Part shown: positions 24,885-34,981 of the stretch, piece after piece
How the letters are laid out: the number at the start of each line of letters is the position of its first letter
Position numbering within the stretch: position 1 is the stretch's first letter
From: Pseudomonadota bacterium
GTDB lineage: Bacteria > Myxococcota_A > Polyangia > Polyangiales > DASUME01
Length of the DNA: 50,571 nucleotides
Reading direction: 5' to 3'
Assembly: GCA_041179425.1 (NCBI GenBank)
Contig: JBEGTL010000002.1
Span: forward strand, 1 to 50,571
Made by a program: the position numbers and the translations under genes
Notes under the pieces: model-generated
Database searches by the model: none
Told to the model about the DNA's origin: nothing
What the model saw: the letters and a program-made list of their open reading frames with translations, nothing else

Positions 24885-26501
24885 ATGTCCGGAGTCCTTC
24901 GAGATATCGTCGCACGCTTCAGCGTCCAGGTGGACGACAAGCCGCTCACCAAGCTGGAGAAGTCTCTCAAGCGGGCGCGCGAGTCGGTCAACACCATGGG
25001 CACGTACGTGGCCAGCGGCTTCGTGGCTGCCGCTGGAGCCGCGTACTACTTCACCGAGGCGGCGTCGCGCGCGGAGGAGACGCTCAACGTCATCAACCAG
25101 ACGTTCGGCAAGAACAGCGACGCTGTGGTGGCGTGGTCCAAGACGCTGGCCAAAGAGGTTGGCCGCTCCGAGTACACGCTGCAGAGCGCAGCGTCGGAGT
25201 TCGGCGCCTTCCTGAGCCCTAAGTTCGAGGACAAGAACGTCGTCACGAAGATGTCCGAGGACTTGTCCAAGCTCGGCGTGGACCTCGCGTCGTTCTACAA
25301 CACCTCCGACTCCGAAGCGCAGATGCGCCTGATGAGCGGTCTCTCGGGCGAGACCGAGGCCGTCCGTAAGCTGGGCGTGGACATCAGCGACGAGGCGCTC
25401 AAGGCGCTCTACAACAGCGACGAGAGCTCGGTGAAAAAGGGCGGCCAGTACAAGGCGCTGTCCATCGCGGACAAGACGCTGCTGCGCTTTCAGAAGATTC
25501 TGAAGGACACGCAGGAGAAGCAGGGCGACGTGCAGCGCACCGCACAGGGCTGGGCGAACTCCATGAAGCGTGTGACCGAACGCTGGAAGACCTTCAGCGT
25601 CACGCTCGGCAAGCTCACCCAGAAGGTGATGCTGCCGCTGCTGCACAAGTTCGAGAAGTACACCCCCACTCTCGAGTCGCTCATCCTGAACAGCTCCGCG
25701 CTCGACTCCGGCCTCAAGCTGCTGGCCGTCTCGGGCGGCGTGCTGCTGGCCGCGTTCGTGGCCCTCAACTTCCCCGCGGTGGTGCTGGCGACGACGTTGG
25801 GCGCTGTGGTGCTCGCGTTCGAGGACGTGCTCACGCTGCTCGACGGCGGACAGTCCATCATCGGCGACTTCATCAAGGAGCTGACCGGGACCAACGACCC
25901 GCTCGACAAACTGGGCGACTGGACCAACGATTTCATCGGCGTCATCGACATTCTGACCGGCACCCTCTACGACCTCGCGGAGAACATCGCAGGAGTAGTC
26001 ACGGGCAGCGCTCTGCTCAACGGCTTCACCACCGAGCACGGGGACGCAGCCACGGCGCGCGCGACGCAGCGCTACCGGACCAAGAACGACCTGGAGGCAT
26101 CGCAGCGCGAGCAGCGCATCGCTGCCGCTGCGAAGGGTGACCAGGGCGCGTGGGAGGCCACGTTCGCGGGCCACACGAAGCCAGACAACATGCAGGCCGC
26201 TTTCAAGGCGGACTTCCTGCAAGGGTTCACCTCCGGTCAGGTCACGGACGTGGGCACCATGGACCGCGCAGTCGCGAGCGGCTTCGTGTCCCAGTCGTTC
26301 TCCAACCAGTGGCGCAACGAGATGGAGGCCCCGAGCTGGGCGCAGGGTGGCAGCGCAGCGGGCGGAGCCCCCGGAGCCGTCACCATCCAGAACAACGTCA
26401 CCGTCACCGGCATCGGCAAGGATGCTGTCAAGGCGGGCCTCGATGAGGCAAACCGCGCTGCGCTTGCCAGGGTCTCCGAAGAGAAGGGCAAAAAGCAGTG
26501 A
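24885..26501 (+). CDS. Tail tape measure protein
   Basis: 538 aa, helical, with hydrophobic central segments. Follows the chaperone. TAAGCT lies 5 nt upstream. Confidence 0.75.
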   Translation: MSGVLRDIVARFSVQVDDKPLTKLEKSLKRARESVNTMGTYVASGFVAAAGAAYYFTEAASRAEETLNVINQTFGKNSDAVVAWSKTLAKEVGRSEYTLQSAASEFGAFLSPKFEDKNVVTKMSEDLSKLGVDLASFYNTSDSEAQMRLMSGLSGETEAVRKLGVDISDEALKALYNSDESSVKKGGQYKALSIADKTLLRFQKILKDTQEKQGDVQRTAQGWANSMKRVTERWKTFSVTLGKLTQKVMLPLLHKFEKYTPTLESLILNSSALDSGLKLLAVSGGVLLAAFVALNFPAVVLATTLGAVVLAFEDVLTLLDGGQSIIGDFIKELTGTNDPLDKLGDWTNDFIGVIDILTGTLYDLAENIAGVVTGSALLNGFTTEHGDAATARATQRYRTKNDLEASQREQRIAAAAKGDQGAWEATFAGHTKPDNMQAAFKADFLQGFTSGQVTDVGTMDRAVASGFVSQSFSNQWRNEMEAPSWAQGGSAAGGAPGAVTIQNNVTVTGIGKDAVKAGLDEANRAALARVSEEKGKKQ

Positions 26502-27346
26502 GCCTCAGCGACAACCCAGGCACCGTCCTCGCGTACACGGACCCCAACACGGGGCTCTTCAGCGTGGTCGACTTCGACATCCTGACCGGCGAGGAGCACA
26601 CCATCTCGGCCGCGGTGTCGTCGCACCCCGTCGAGGAAGGCGCGAACATCTCCGACCACGTCAGGCCCGAGCTGCAGCGGCTCACCCTGCGCGTGCGCGT
26701 GACCGACTCGCCCATCAACCGGGTCACGCTCACGGGCACCTCCCCGGCCCCGCTGGCGGGCTTCTACGGCACCATCCCCATCGTGGGCAAGACGTCGCGC
26801 CAGCTGTCCTACGCCAACGTGTCCGGCGGCTACCCACCCCTCACGCTGCCCAATGGCATCCCGCTCATCGGCGGCCTGAGCGCTCCCACGCTCGGCGGCA
26901 CGCGCCCGTTCGTAGCGCCCATAGCCATCCCCGGCGAGCGCGGCGAAGATTTCGTCACGCTGCAGGCCAACGTGCTCAAGCTGCCCCCGCTGCAGCGTGT
27001 GCGAAAGGTGTTCGAAATCTTCGAGGTCCTCTGCAGGACCGGCGTCCCGTGCGAGGTGCACAGCGAGCTGCGCTACTACCCGCGCATGCTCATCTCCCAG
27101 GTGGGGGCCCCGCGCGACGGCACCAACAGCGTGGAGTTCTCGCTCTCGCTGCAGGAGCTCCGCACCGCCAAGACTCAGAAGGTGTTCGTCCAGCTCAAGC
27201 AGCCGAAGCCGGCGCAGAAGCGCGCTGAGAAGGAAGCCGCTCAGGGCAAGCAGGCGGAGCCGTTCAAGTTCGACGACAAGGCCAGCTTGGGCGTGCAGTT
27301 GCAGCGCACCAAGGCGCGTGGCACCCCTAGCTTGACGGGAGGCTGA
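26498..27346 (+). CDS. Tail/baseplate assembly protein
   Basis: GTGA overlap with the tape measure gene. The HPVEEGANISDH motif is seen in baseplate-proximal tail proteins. Confidence 0.5.
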   Translation: MSLSDNPGTVLAYTDPNTGLFSVVDFDILTGEEHTISAAVSSHPVEEGANISDHVRPELQRLTLRVRVTDSPINRVTLTGTSPAPLAGFYGTIPIVGKTSRQLSYANVSGGYPPLTLPNGIPLIGGLSAPTLGGTRPFVAPIAIPGERGEDFVTLQANVLKLPPLQRVRKVFEIFEVLCRTGVPCEVHSELRYYPRMLISQVGAPRDGTNSVEFSLSLQELRTAKTQKVFVQLKQPKPAQKRAEKEAAQGKQAEPFKFDDKASLGVQLQRTKARGTPSLTGG

Positions 27347-27347
27347 T

Positions 27348-27704
27348 GTGCCGCAAATGATTCCGATTACCAAAAACGTTCCGAGCATGACGCAGAGTCG
27401 CGTGCTCGACGGAGTGGAGTACGAGCTCGTGCTGCGCTGGAACATGCGCGGCGGTTGGTTTCTGGGGCTGCTCGACGAGAGCGGCGTCGCCATCTTCCAG
27501 CCGCGCCAGCTCACCGTCGGCTCGGAGCTGCTGGGACAGGTGCGCTACGACGCGCGCACGCCCCCGGGCGAGCTCTGGGTCATCTCCGTGAAGGACGATG
27601 ACCGCGAGCCCGGCTATCTGGACCTCTGCAGCGGCGGCTCGCTGTCGGACCTGCAGGGCACCGTTGCGCTGGTCTACGTGCCGGCGGACGAGGTCGGACC
27701 GTGA
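27348..27704 (+). CDS. Small baseplate-module protein
   Basis: 118 aa, GGAGG before the GTG, tightly packed. Confidence 0.5.
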   Translation: MPQMIPITKNVPSMTQSRVLDGVEYELVLRWNMRGGWFLGLLDESGVAIFQPRQLTVGSELLGQVRYDARTPPGELWVISVKDDDREPGYLDLCSGGSLSDLQGTVALVYVPADEVGP

Positions 27705-28627
27705 CCATCGACTCACCGTTCCGCAAGGAGCTGTTCCAGCGCGACTGGCAGGTCATCGTCTCACGCGAAGGCCGCCCCATGGGCCTCGACGTCACCGAGC
27801 TCGACATGGAATGGGAGGTCGAGAAGTCACTCAAGCCTGCGCCCAACAAGTGCTCGCTCAAGATTTACAACCTGAGTGCGGACCACCGGCACCTACTCGA
27901 GTCGGTGAACATCTACGACCCGAAGAAGTCCAAATCCAGCACCGCGGGCTCGAAGGCAACCAAGACCACGAAGTCCATCAAGACGGGCAACCTGCGCGTC
28001 GAAATCCTGGCCGGATACAAGGATACGGGCAAGCACCTCATCTTCCGTGGCGACTTGCGCCGCGCGCTGTCCTCCGTGGACGGCGACAAAACCTGGACCA
28101 CGAGCATCGAAGGTGAGGACGGCGGGCGCTCCGTGCTGTCCAGCCGCATCTCCGAGTCCTTCCCCAAGGGCACGCCGCTGCGCGTAGCCGTGGAGAAGTG
28201 CGCGGACGCGCTCGGGCTCGGCACCGGCAACATTCTGCAGGTGGAGGGCACGCTCGCGCGCACCACGTTCACCCACGGCACCGTGCTCGACGGCTCCGCT
28301 TCGAAGGAGCTCGCCGGCATCATCCGCCGCGCTGGCCTGCGCTACTCCATCCAGGACGGAGCGCTGCTGTTCCTGGACGTGGGCAAGGGCCGCACGCGCG
28401 CGGCGGTGAAGCTCGACTACGCCAGCGGTCTAGTAATGGCGCCCGAGCGTGACACTGCTGGCTTGGTCATCGCCACCTCTCTGCTCAACCCCGACCTAGT
28501 GGTGGGCAACTACGTCTTCCTGAGCAGCAAGGATGTGCTGGGCACCTTCCTCATCGAGAAGGTGACCTACACGTGTTCAACCATCGGCGATGACTGGTAC
28601 GTTCGACTCGAACTGCGCGCTGCGTAG
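27701..28627 (+). CDS. Baseplate hub-like protein (gpD/XkdQ-like)
   Basis: 308 aa. Call rests on size and position, with GTGA coupling. Confidence 0.5.
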   Translation: MTIDSPFRKELFQRDWQVIVSREGRPMGLDVTELDMEWEVEKSLKPAPNKCSLKIYNLSADHRHLLESVNIYDPKKSKSSTAGSKATKTTKSIKTGNLRVEILAGYKDTGKHLIFRGDLRRALSSVDGDKTWTTSIEGEDGGRSVLSSRISESFPKGTPLRVAVEKCADALGLGTGNILQVEGTLARTTFTHGTVLDGSASKELAGIIRRAGLRYSIQDGALLFLDVGKGRTRAAVKLDYASGLVMAPERDTAGLVIATSLLNPDLVVGNYVFLSSKDVLGTFLIEKVTYTCSTIGDDWYVRLELRAA

Positions 28628-28916
28628 AGCCTCGGAGCGCAGGCCGGCACGCACCTCGCTCAGGACCACCTCGCGCGTCGTCTTGCTGACTCCGCGCTTC
28701 GCAAGCGCGCGCTCCACACTACCCAGTGCAACCAGCGTCGCACCGCCACCGCTGGAACCTTCCAGCGCAAGGGAGACCGCCGCGCTCGTCGCAGCCGCCG
28801 TGAGGAACTCGACCAGGTCAGAGCGGCCTTTCAAGCCGAGCTTGCTCTGGGCGAAGTGCTTGATGCTGCGCGCGATGCGCGCCTTGCGTTGCTTGCTCTT
28901 GGGTCCGAAGCTCATG
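28577..28916 (-). CDS. Reverse-strand hypothetical protein (113 aa)
   Basis: ATG 28916 is preceded by AGGAGAG. Good GC3. The 3' end overlaps the hub gene by 51 nt. Confidence 0.5.
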
Positions 28917-29038
28917 GGTGTCTCTCCTGGAGTGGTTCCCGAAGCGGAACGCAAGCATCATGATGTCGTGGTGCGCTAGGCCGACTTCGAGGTTCTTGTC
29001 CACGAGGCGAGAGTGGCACAGGACGCGAGCTGCTGTCC

Positions 29039-29668
29039 ATGTCAAACTTCAGCATGCCTCTAGCCGCCTCAGACACCCCGGACATCGGCGACGTCATCCT
29101 CGCGGCCATGGGCTCGCTGGTGCGCAACTTCGCCGTTGCGCAACCAGGCACCGTGACCAGCTACGACGCGGACTCCCAGACGTGCTCGGTGACCCCCGGC
29201 GTCCACCGGCTGGTGCCCACCATCGAGGACGGCGACGACGACGAGACCGAGCCCCTGCCGACCATCCCCGACGTGAAGGTGTGCTGGCTGGTCGGCCGTG
29301 GCATCCAGGTGAAGGGCACCCTCCAGCCGGGCGACACCGTGCTGCTGGTCGCGCTCGACTTCGACCCCAGCGCCTGGATGCGCGCGGGCTCCGCGCAGCC
29401 GCCCGACGACGCGCGCGCGCACCACTGGGCCCACGCGGTAGCCATCCCCGGGCTCGTGCCGGACACCTCGCCGTTCCCCGAGCCCACTGACGCGGCCGCG
29501 CTGGCGTCGAAGGTAGACGCGCTCATCGCCACGCTCAAGACCACTGCCCCGGGCCCGGCCTCGAACGTAGCCGCGCTGCTCGCCACCAAGTTCCCAGACG
29601 TCCCCGCCAGCGTGGGGCTGTCCGTGTCCGGCGGCACCGGTTCGACCATCCTCAAGCTGGGAGCGTAA
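29039..29668 (+). CDS. Baseplate spike / assembly protein V-like
   Basis: The AVAQPGTVTSYDADSQTCSVTP...IPDVKVCW...GDTVLLV pattern resembles gpV / Mu gp45. Confidence 0.6.
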   Translation: MSNFSMPLAASDTPDIGDVILAAMGSLVRNFAVAQPGTVTSYDADSQTCSVTPGVHRLVPTIEDGDDDETEPLPTIPDVKVCWLVGRGIQVKGTLQPGDTVLLVALDFDPSAWMRAGSAQPPDDARAHHWAHAVAIPGLVPDTSPFPEPTDAAALASKVDALIATLKTTAPGPASNVAALLATKFPDVPASVGLSVSGGTGSTILKLGA

Positions 29669-29669
29669 C

Positions 29670-30089
29670 GTGGAGCTCAAGTGCGTCATCAAGACCGACC
29701 TAAACAACCCTGACCTGGGTGACCTGTACCTGGGGGACGACGGCGACGCCGTGCTCATCCCCGACAGCGAACTCGGCGCGCAGGTCGCGCAGCGCCTGAC
29801 GGTGAGGTTCAACTTCTTCCTGGGCGAGTGGTTCCTGGACCTGAACGAGGGCACCCCGTGGTTCCAGCGCATCATGGTCAAGGCCCCGAGCGACAAGGTC
29901 ATTCGCGCTGTCCTTACCAACGTCATCCTGGGGTGCGAGGGCATCGCAACGCTCGACCAGCTGTCTTACAGCATAGGCCGCGACCGTCTGCTCTCGGTCA
30001 CCTTCAAGGCCACGCTGACCGATGGCACGGTCTTCTCCAGCACGCAGTACGCCGCGTTTACGGTTGACCTGAGCGTCATCGAGGGTTGA
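29670..30089 (+). CDS. Baseplate protein (W/gp25- or DUF2634-like)
   Basis: 139 aa. VAQRLTVRFNFFLGEWFLDLNEGTPW motif. Confidence 0.5.
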   Translation: MELKCVIKTDLNNPDLGDLYLGDDGDAVLIPDSELGAQVAQRLTVRFNFFLGEWFLDLNEGTPWFQRIMVKAPSDKVIRAVLTNVILGCEGIATLDQLSYSIGRDRLLSVTFKATLTDGTVFSSTQYAAFTVDLSVIEG

Positions 30090-30099
30090 TGATTCGGGC

Positions 30100-30786
30100 A
30101 TGGACCTGTTCACCAAGCTCAAGCTGGGCGCCATCTACAAGCCAGCCGTCGCCACCTCCCGCTCGTGCGCCAAGTGCGAGTCCACCGCCGTCTCTGCGGC
30201 CCGCGCCAAGACACCAGCAAGCTCCTTCAAGGAGCACCAAGCTACAGGCATGGTGTACCCCCCGTACCAACAGGGGGGCAGCGCCATCTGGCCTGAGCCA
30301 CTGCCCTATAACCCGCACGCCGCCGCCTGGGGCGGAGCTCGCGGCGTCACCATCCCGGCGGAGAGCCCTCTCGCGCAGTCCGGATACCAGCCCATCATGG
30401 AAGACCTGAGGAAGATGGTGGAGCAGTGCGTGCAGGAGGCACCCACTCTGTGCCCCGGCGAGACGCGCGCCAGCTGGCGCCAGCGCTGCATCGATATGGA
30501 TATCGGCGACGCTATATACTTCTACCGCGTGGCGGAGACCATCGCGGAGCGCATGAAGCTGACCTTCATGAGACGGGCGGAGCGCGGCGAGGGGCTCTTG
30601 GACTCCGGCCGCGCCTTCGTACAGGGGCAGGCCCACTACTTGTTCGACGAGGCCTTCACGCGTCGCACCACAGTCGAGGCCAGGTTCGGCGCCGACGCCC
30701 GCGGTTACCGCATCGTGGTGGTGGAGCTGTCACACACCCTGTTCCACTCCGGCCACGAACTGAAGGCCGCCTACACCCTGACGTGA
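30100..30786 (+). CDS. Hypothetical baseplate-module protein
   Basis: 228-aa ORF between baseplate genes. Confidence 0.45.
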   Translation: MDLFTKLKLGAIYKPAVATSRSCAKCESTAVSAARAKTPASSFKEHQATGMVYPPYQQGGSAIWPEPLPYNPHAAAWGGARGVTIPAESPLAQSGYQPIMEDLRKMVEQCVQEAPTLCPGETRASWRQRCIDMDIGDAIYFYRVAETIAERMKLTFMRRAERGEGLLDSGRAFVQGQAHYLFDEAFTRRTTVEARFGADARGYRIVVVELSHTLFHSGHELKAAYTLT

Positions 30787-30808
30787 CCTGGGGTGCTACC
30801 TTGAGCTC

Positions 30809-32002
30809 ATGGCTGGTTTGACTACCGCGGGGCTCGAGACGAAGTCCCTGGATGAAATAAACACGGAGCTTGACGACGGCATCCACGCCGACGTGAGCCC
30901 CACCCTCAACCTGTCGGCCACCGCGCCCATTGGGGAGTACAAAGGCGTCACCGCCAGCCAGCTCGCCCAGCTCTGGGAGGCGATGCAATCGCTGTGGGCT
31001 AGCTGGGACCCTTCGCAGGCGACGGGCGCCGCGCTAGACCGGCTGGGAGCCCTCACGGGCACGCGCCGCCGCGCTGCCACCAAGTCCAAGGTCCTGATGA
31101 CGCTGGGTCTCAGCGCCGGTACCTACGCCGCGCAGTCCCTCATCGTCTCCAAGGTGGGTGACTCCACCGCGCGCTTCTCGAACGACGTCGGGGTCACGAC
31201 CGCTGGCGGCACCGTCACGGGCGTGGCGTTCACGGCCGAGAGCACCGGTCCTACCCAGGCGGCCGCCGGCACGCTGACCGTGGTCGCCAACAACCCTGGC
31301 GGCTTCAATAGCGCCACGAACCCGAGCGACGCTCTGGTAGGCTCGCTCGCGGAGAGCAACGCGGCGTACCGCAACCGGCGAGACCTGGAGCTCGCCAAGA
31401 AGGGATCGACCACCGCGGACGCCATTCGCGCGGACCTACTGAGCGCCCTCAACACCCGCGGCGAGCCGCTGTTCGACTTCGTCTCGGTCATCGAGAACGA
31501 CACCGACAACGTGGTGGACGGGCGCAACCCACACAGCTTCGAGACCTTGGTGGTAACGGCCGCGGACGACGTCATCATCGGCGCTGCCATCCTGGCGGTC
31601 AAGCCGGTGGGCATCCGGGCATACGGCTTGACCGATTCGGTTGACGTGCTCGACTCCCAGGGCAACCCCCACACCATCGGCTGGACCTTCCCCGACGACG
31701 TGCTCATCTACATCTCGGCGCAGGTCAACTACATCGCCGGCAAGTACGTGGGCGACGACGTGGTCAAACAAGCGCTTGTGGACTGGGGCGAGACCGAGCT
31801 ATCGGTCGGCTACGACGTGCTCGTGGCCAAGCTGACCCAGCTCATCATGGACCTCGGCGGCGTGCAGGACACGTACGTCACCATCGACGACGCGCCAGGC
31901 CCGACCGCCAACGCGAACTTCGTCATCGGCTCGCGAGAGCTCGCGCGCATCGCGCTGGAGCGCATCGTCCTCGTGGGCGTCCCCCAGGCAGGCCACCCGT
32001 GA
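30809..32002 (+). CDS. Baseplate J-like protein
   Basis: N-terminal pattern ...WDPSQATGAALDRLGALTGTRRRAATKS. TACCTT lies 6 nt upstream. Confidence 0.75.
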   Translation: MAGLTTAGLETKSLDEINTELDDGIHADVSPTLNLSATAPIGEYKGVTASQLAQLWEAMQSLWASWDPSQATGAALDRLGALTGTRRRAATKSKVLMTLGLSAGTYAAQSLIVSKVGDSTARFSNDVGVTTAGGTVTGVAFTAESTGPTQAAAGTLTVVANNPGGFNSATNPSDALVGSLAESNAAYRNRRDLELAKKGSTTADAIRADLLSALNTRGEPLFDFVSVIENDTDNVVDGRNPHSFETLVVTAADDVIIGAAILAVKPVGIRAYGLTDSVDVLDSQGNPHTIGWTFPDDVLIYISAQVNYIAGKYVGDDVVKQALVDWGETELSVGYDVLVAKLTQLIMDLGGVQDTYVTIDDAPGPTANANFVIGSRELARIALERIVLVGVPQAGHP

Positions 32003-33039
32003 GCATCTACTTCATCGACCCACCGGGCCCGCTGACCAACACCAGCGAGCCCATCGACTTCACCACGGATTCGCTGGTGACGTCCATCTCTATCGAGTTC
32101 AACCCGCACCTGGGTAACGGCTTGCGCGAGACCGTGTGGGACGGCACCGCGGACGGCACGGACGTGGGAGGTGACTTCTCCTTCGCCTACGCCAAGTCGA
32201 CGCACAGCGACCTGGACGTAGCAGGGCCGTACACCTGGCAAATCAAGCGCAACACGAAGTGGCCGGCGGAGTTCCGCATCCGCGTCAAGGAGTCCACGCA
32301 GCAAGGCGGCAGCCCGCCGGCACCAGGCTTGTACCCGGCGCTGACCCCCACCGTCCTCTCGCCAGTCGCGCAGTACGCGCTGCAGGGCGGAGCAGACCTC
32401 GCGCGCGTCTACCTGGACCGCAGCGGCAACGGCTACCACCTGACCAAGGGCACGCCCAGCGCGACGCCCGACCTCATCAGCGGCCAGACGGCTGTGGTGG
32501 GCGTGAGCGGCGCGGGCATCGGCAACGCCACGCGCCTGCAGCGTCCTGCGTTCACGGCTGCCCTGCAAATCACTGGCCCGCTGACCATCAGCGCGCGCGT
32601 GAAACGGACGACGGGCAACTCCGGCGTCATCGCTTGCATGTCCGGCATCTTTGGCGCGGGCAACACACGGAACACGCTGTTCACCTGTTCGATTCTGTCA
32701 TCGGGGGCCATGGAGGTGTTCTGGGAGTCGACGGCTGGCGTCAGCAACCAGCGCGACAGCGCGGCTGGCCTCGTGCCGCTGGACACCTGGTGCTGGGTGA
32801 CTTGGCGCCGCGACACCACGGACGGGCGCTGGACGTTCGGCGCAAACCTTGCGTACGAGAACACTACCCCGGGGCTCGGCACCTCGGGCGGCTCCGAAGC
32901 TTTCCTGAGCATCGCGTGCCAGGATGAGGCACCGGATATCTTCTGGGCAGGTGGCCTCGCGGACGTCAGCATCTGGGCCTCGCGCCTGAGCGACGCGCAG
33001 CTGCTGCCCTTGTACAAGAACGCCATGGGGATTGCGTAA
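31999..33039 (+). CDS. LamG/concanavalin-like domain protein (receptor-binding candidate)
   Basis: LDRSGNGYHLT...TISARVKR...WCWVTWRRD...LADVSIWASRLSDAQ is typical of Laminin_G_3. Confidence 0.6.
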   Translation: MSIYFIDPPGPLTNTSEPIDFTTDSLVTSISIEFNPHLGNGLRETVWDGTADGTDVGGDFSFAYAKSTHSDLDVAGPYTWQIKRNTKWPAEFRIRVKESTQQGGSPPAPGLYPALTPTVLSPVAQYALQGGADLARVYLDRSGNGYHLTKGTPSATPDLISGQTAVVGVSGAGIGNATRLQRPAFTAALQITGPLTISARVKRTTGNSGVIACMSGIFGAGNTRNTLFTCSILSSGAMEVFWESTAGVSNQRDSAAGLVPLDTWCWVTWRRDTTDGRWTFGANLAYENTTPGLGTSGGSEAFLSIACQDEAPDIFWAGGLADVSIWASRLSDAQLLPLYKNAMGIA

Positions 33040-33665
33040 TGGCTGAAGCGATTTACACCCTCCCAGAGACGCCCGCTCCCGCGCTAGCCGCTGCTGATGC
33101 GGAGGGCACGTACACGTACAACGGCCAGCACGCCGAGCAGATGGCTGCGAACCTCATCGAGTTCTTCCGCAAGCCCCGCAACAAGGCGCTCATGCGCGTG
33201 GTGGGTGGCCAGGTCCAGGACGTCGAGGACGTGCTGTGGCAGCTCTACAACGCGTTCGACGTCGACAACGCCACCGGTGCCGCGCTCGACTTCCTCGGGT
33301 TGGTGGTGGGCGAGCGGCGCGATGACCGCGGCGATGAGAACTTCCGCGCAGCGGTGCGCGCGCGCATTCTGGTGAATCTTAGCAACGGTCGTGTCGAGGA
33401 CATGATTGCTGTACTCCTGGCGCTCGACCCCGACATGCAGGCGACCATCATCGAGCTGTACCCCGCGGCCGTGCGGTTCGATGTCATCTCCACCTTCGCT
33501 GGCGCGTCTGCCGAGACGATGGCGCGGATGCTGCGTCAGGCAAAGCCGGCCGGCGTCCGGCTCACATTCGTCCCGGTGGACAGCGACGACACCATGATTT
33601 GGTCGAGCCCAGGCGCACCAGCGCCGCTCCACGGGTGGGGGGAAGACTGGGCGGGTGCACTCTGA
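33039..33665 (+). CDS. Tail protein, P2 gpI / DUF2313-like
   Basis: LYNAFDVDNATGAALDFLGLVVGERR motif, at the position after J. Confidence 0.6.
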   Translation: MAEAIYTLPETPAPALAAADAEGTYTYNGQHAEQMAANLIEFFRKPRNKALMRVVGGQVQDVEDVLWQLYNAFDVDNATGAALDFLGLVVGERRDDRGDENFRAAVRARILVNLSNGRVEDMIAVLLALDPDMQATIIELYPAAVRFDVISTFAGASAETMARMLRQAKPAGVRLTFVPVDSDDTMIWSSPGAPAPLHGWGEDWAGAL

Positions 33666-33681
33666 TGCTAGAGTGTCCATC

Positions 33682-34617
33682 ATGGCCAAACCCGTTTCGA
33701 ACTTCAACTGGGCGTCCAACGCTAACTACGCGACGGGACCGGACAACGGCACCGCCACCAAGGTAGCGCCGAGCTCGGGCGACATTCAGAACGGCTTCAT
33801 CCGCAACACGGCCGCCATCGCTCAGACCATGAACTGGGTATTGGGGACGGCCATCAAGGAGTGGCTGACCTACCTAGCGGGCCTAGCGGCCGACTCCGAG
33901 TTCCTGGCAGACCTGGAAGCGCGCGCCTGGGACTTCGACAACACCGTGCACGTGGACGGCGCCTTCACGACGTCGAGCACCGCAACCATCGCCGGCACGC
34001 TGACCGCCAGCGGCGCAGCGCACGTCATCGGCAGCCTGGACGTGGACACCGACCTCAACGTGGACGGCCTCGCTGTCATCGACGGAACGGCCCTCATCAG
34101 CGGCAACACCACGCTGGGCGGCACGCTGACCATGCCGTCGCGCACCGTCACGCGCGCCATCCCCCTCACGTTCTCCACCGGCGCGTACAACAACGCAGGA
34201 GTGCACCAGCCACAGGGCTACCTGAACAAGCAGGGCATCCACTTCTGGGGCGACGACCTGGGCGGCCAATACTTCCGCCCGAACATGTCGTTCACCATTC
34301 CGCGTGGCTGCACGCTGACCCAGGTGTCGCTGGTCGGCGCGAAGGCAGCGGCCGCGTCCACTGACCCGTCGGTCACCCTGTACCTCGCTGTCGGCAACAG
34401 CGTCGACAACACGACCACCAACAAGGGTTCGACCACGCTCAACAGCACCACGGGCAGCCAGCGCACCATCACGGTGAGCTCGCCGGTGGTTTCTGACCAG
34501 TTCACGCAGTACGTCATCGAGCTCGTCCCGTCGCAAGGCTCGGGCTCCGGCGACACCGACCGCATCGCGTGGATTGACATCTCGTACACGACCACCCACG
34601 CTGACGAGAACGTGTAA
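33682..34617 (+). CDS. Tail fibre protein
   Basis: The N-terminus NFNWASNANYATGPDNGTATKVAPSSGDIQNGF is typical of fibres. TAGAGT lies 7 nt upstream. Confidence 0.6.
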   Translation: MAKPVSNFNWASNANYATGPDNGTATKVAPSSGDIQNGFIRNTAAIAQTMNWVLGTAIKEWLTYLAGLAADSEFLADLEARAWDFDNTVHVDGAFTTSSTATIAGTLTASGAAHVIGSLDVDTDLNVDGLAVIDGTALISGNTTLGGTLTMPSRTVTRAIPLTFSTGAYNNAGVHQPQGYLNKQGIHFWGDDLGGQYFRPNMSFTIPRGCTLTQVSLVGAKAAAASTDPSVTLYLAVGNSVDNTTTNKGSTTLNSTTGSQRTITVSSPVVSDQFTQYVIELVPSQGSGSGDTDRIAWIDISYTTTHADENV

Positions 34618-34961
34618 TGTCCTACCGTGACGACGAGTCTACGCCCATGAACCGTGCGCCTTCTCTCATGTCCGTGGCGGTCGACGTCGCGCGCACCCGC
34701 GAACAGGTAAAGTACCTCGTGGAGCGCATCGACGACCGTGAGGAACAGCAGAAGGCTCGTGACGAGCACTTCCGTGAGTCCATGCGTCTCGTGGTACGCG
34801 AGGCCGTAGAGGAAGCCGTGGAGGCGCACGTAGCCCCGCTGGCGGCCAAGGTCGAAGGGCTCGAGAAGTCCAAGCTCAAGCTGGGCGCCATCGCTGGCGC
34901 AGCGGGCGCTCTACTGCCGCTGCTCGGTTGGTGCGCGGAGCACTTCCATTGGTTCCTCTGA
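34617..34961 (+). CDS. Coiled-coil protein with C-terminal transmembrane anchor (lysis-associated candidate)
   Basis: LGAIAGAAGALLPLLGWCAEHF is a hydrophobic tail. Lies directly before the endolysin gene. Confidence 0.45.
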   Translation: MSYRDDESTPMNRAPSLMSVAVDVARTREQVKYLVERIDDREEQQKARDEHFRESMRLVVREAVEEAVEAHVAPLAAKVEGLEKSKLKLGAIAGAAGALLPLLGWCAEHFHWFL

Positions 34962-34981
34962 GAGCCTGCTAGGCTCAGTGC

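Noticed and set aside
31999-34617. Diversity-generating retroelement targeting the LamG or fibre genes
   Set aside because: I found no reverse transcriptase gene and no template/variable repeat pair in the window.
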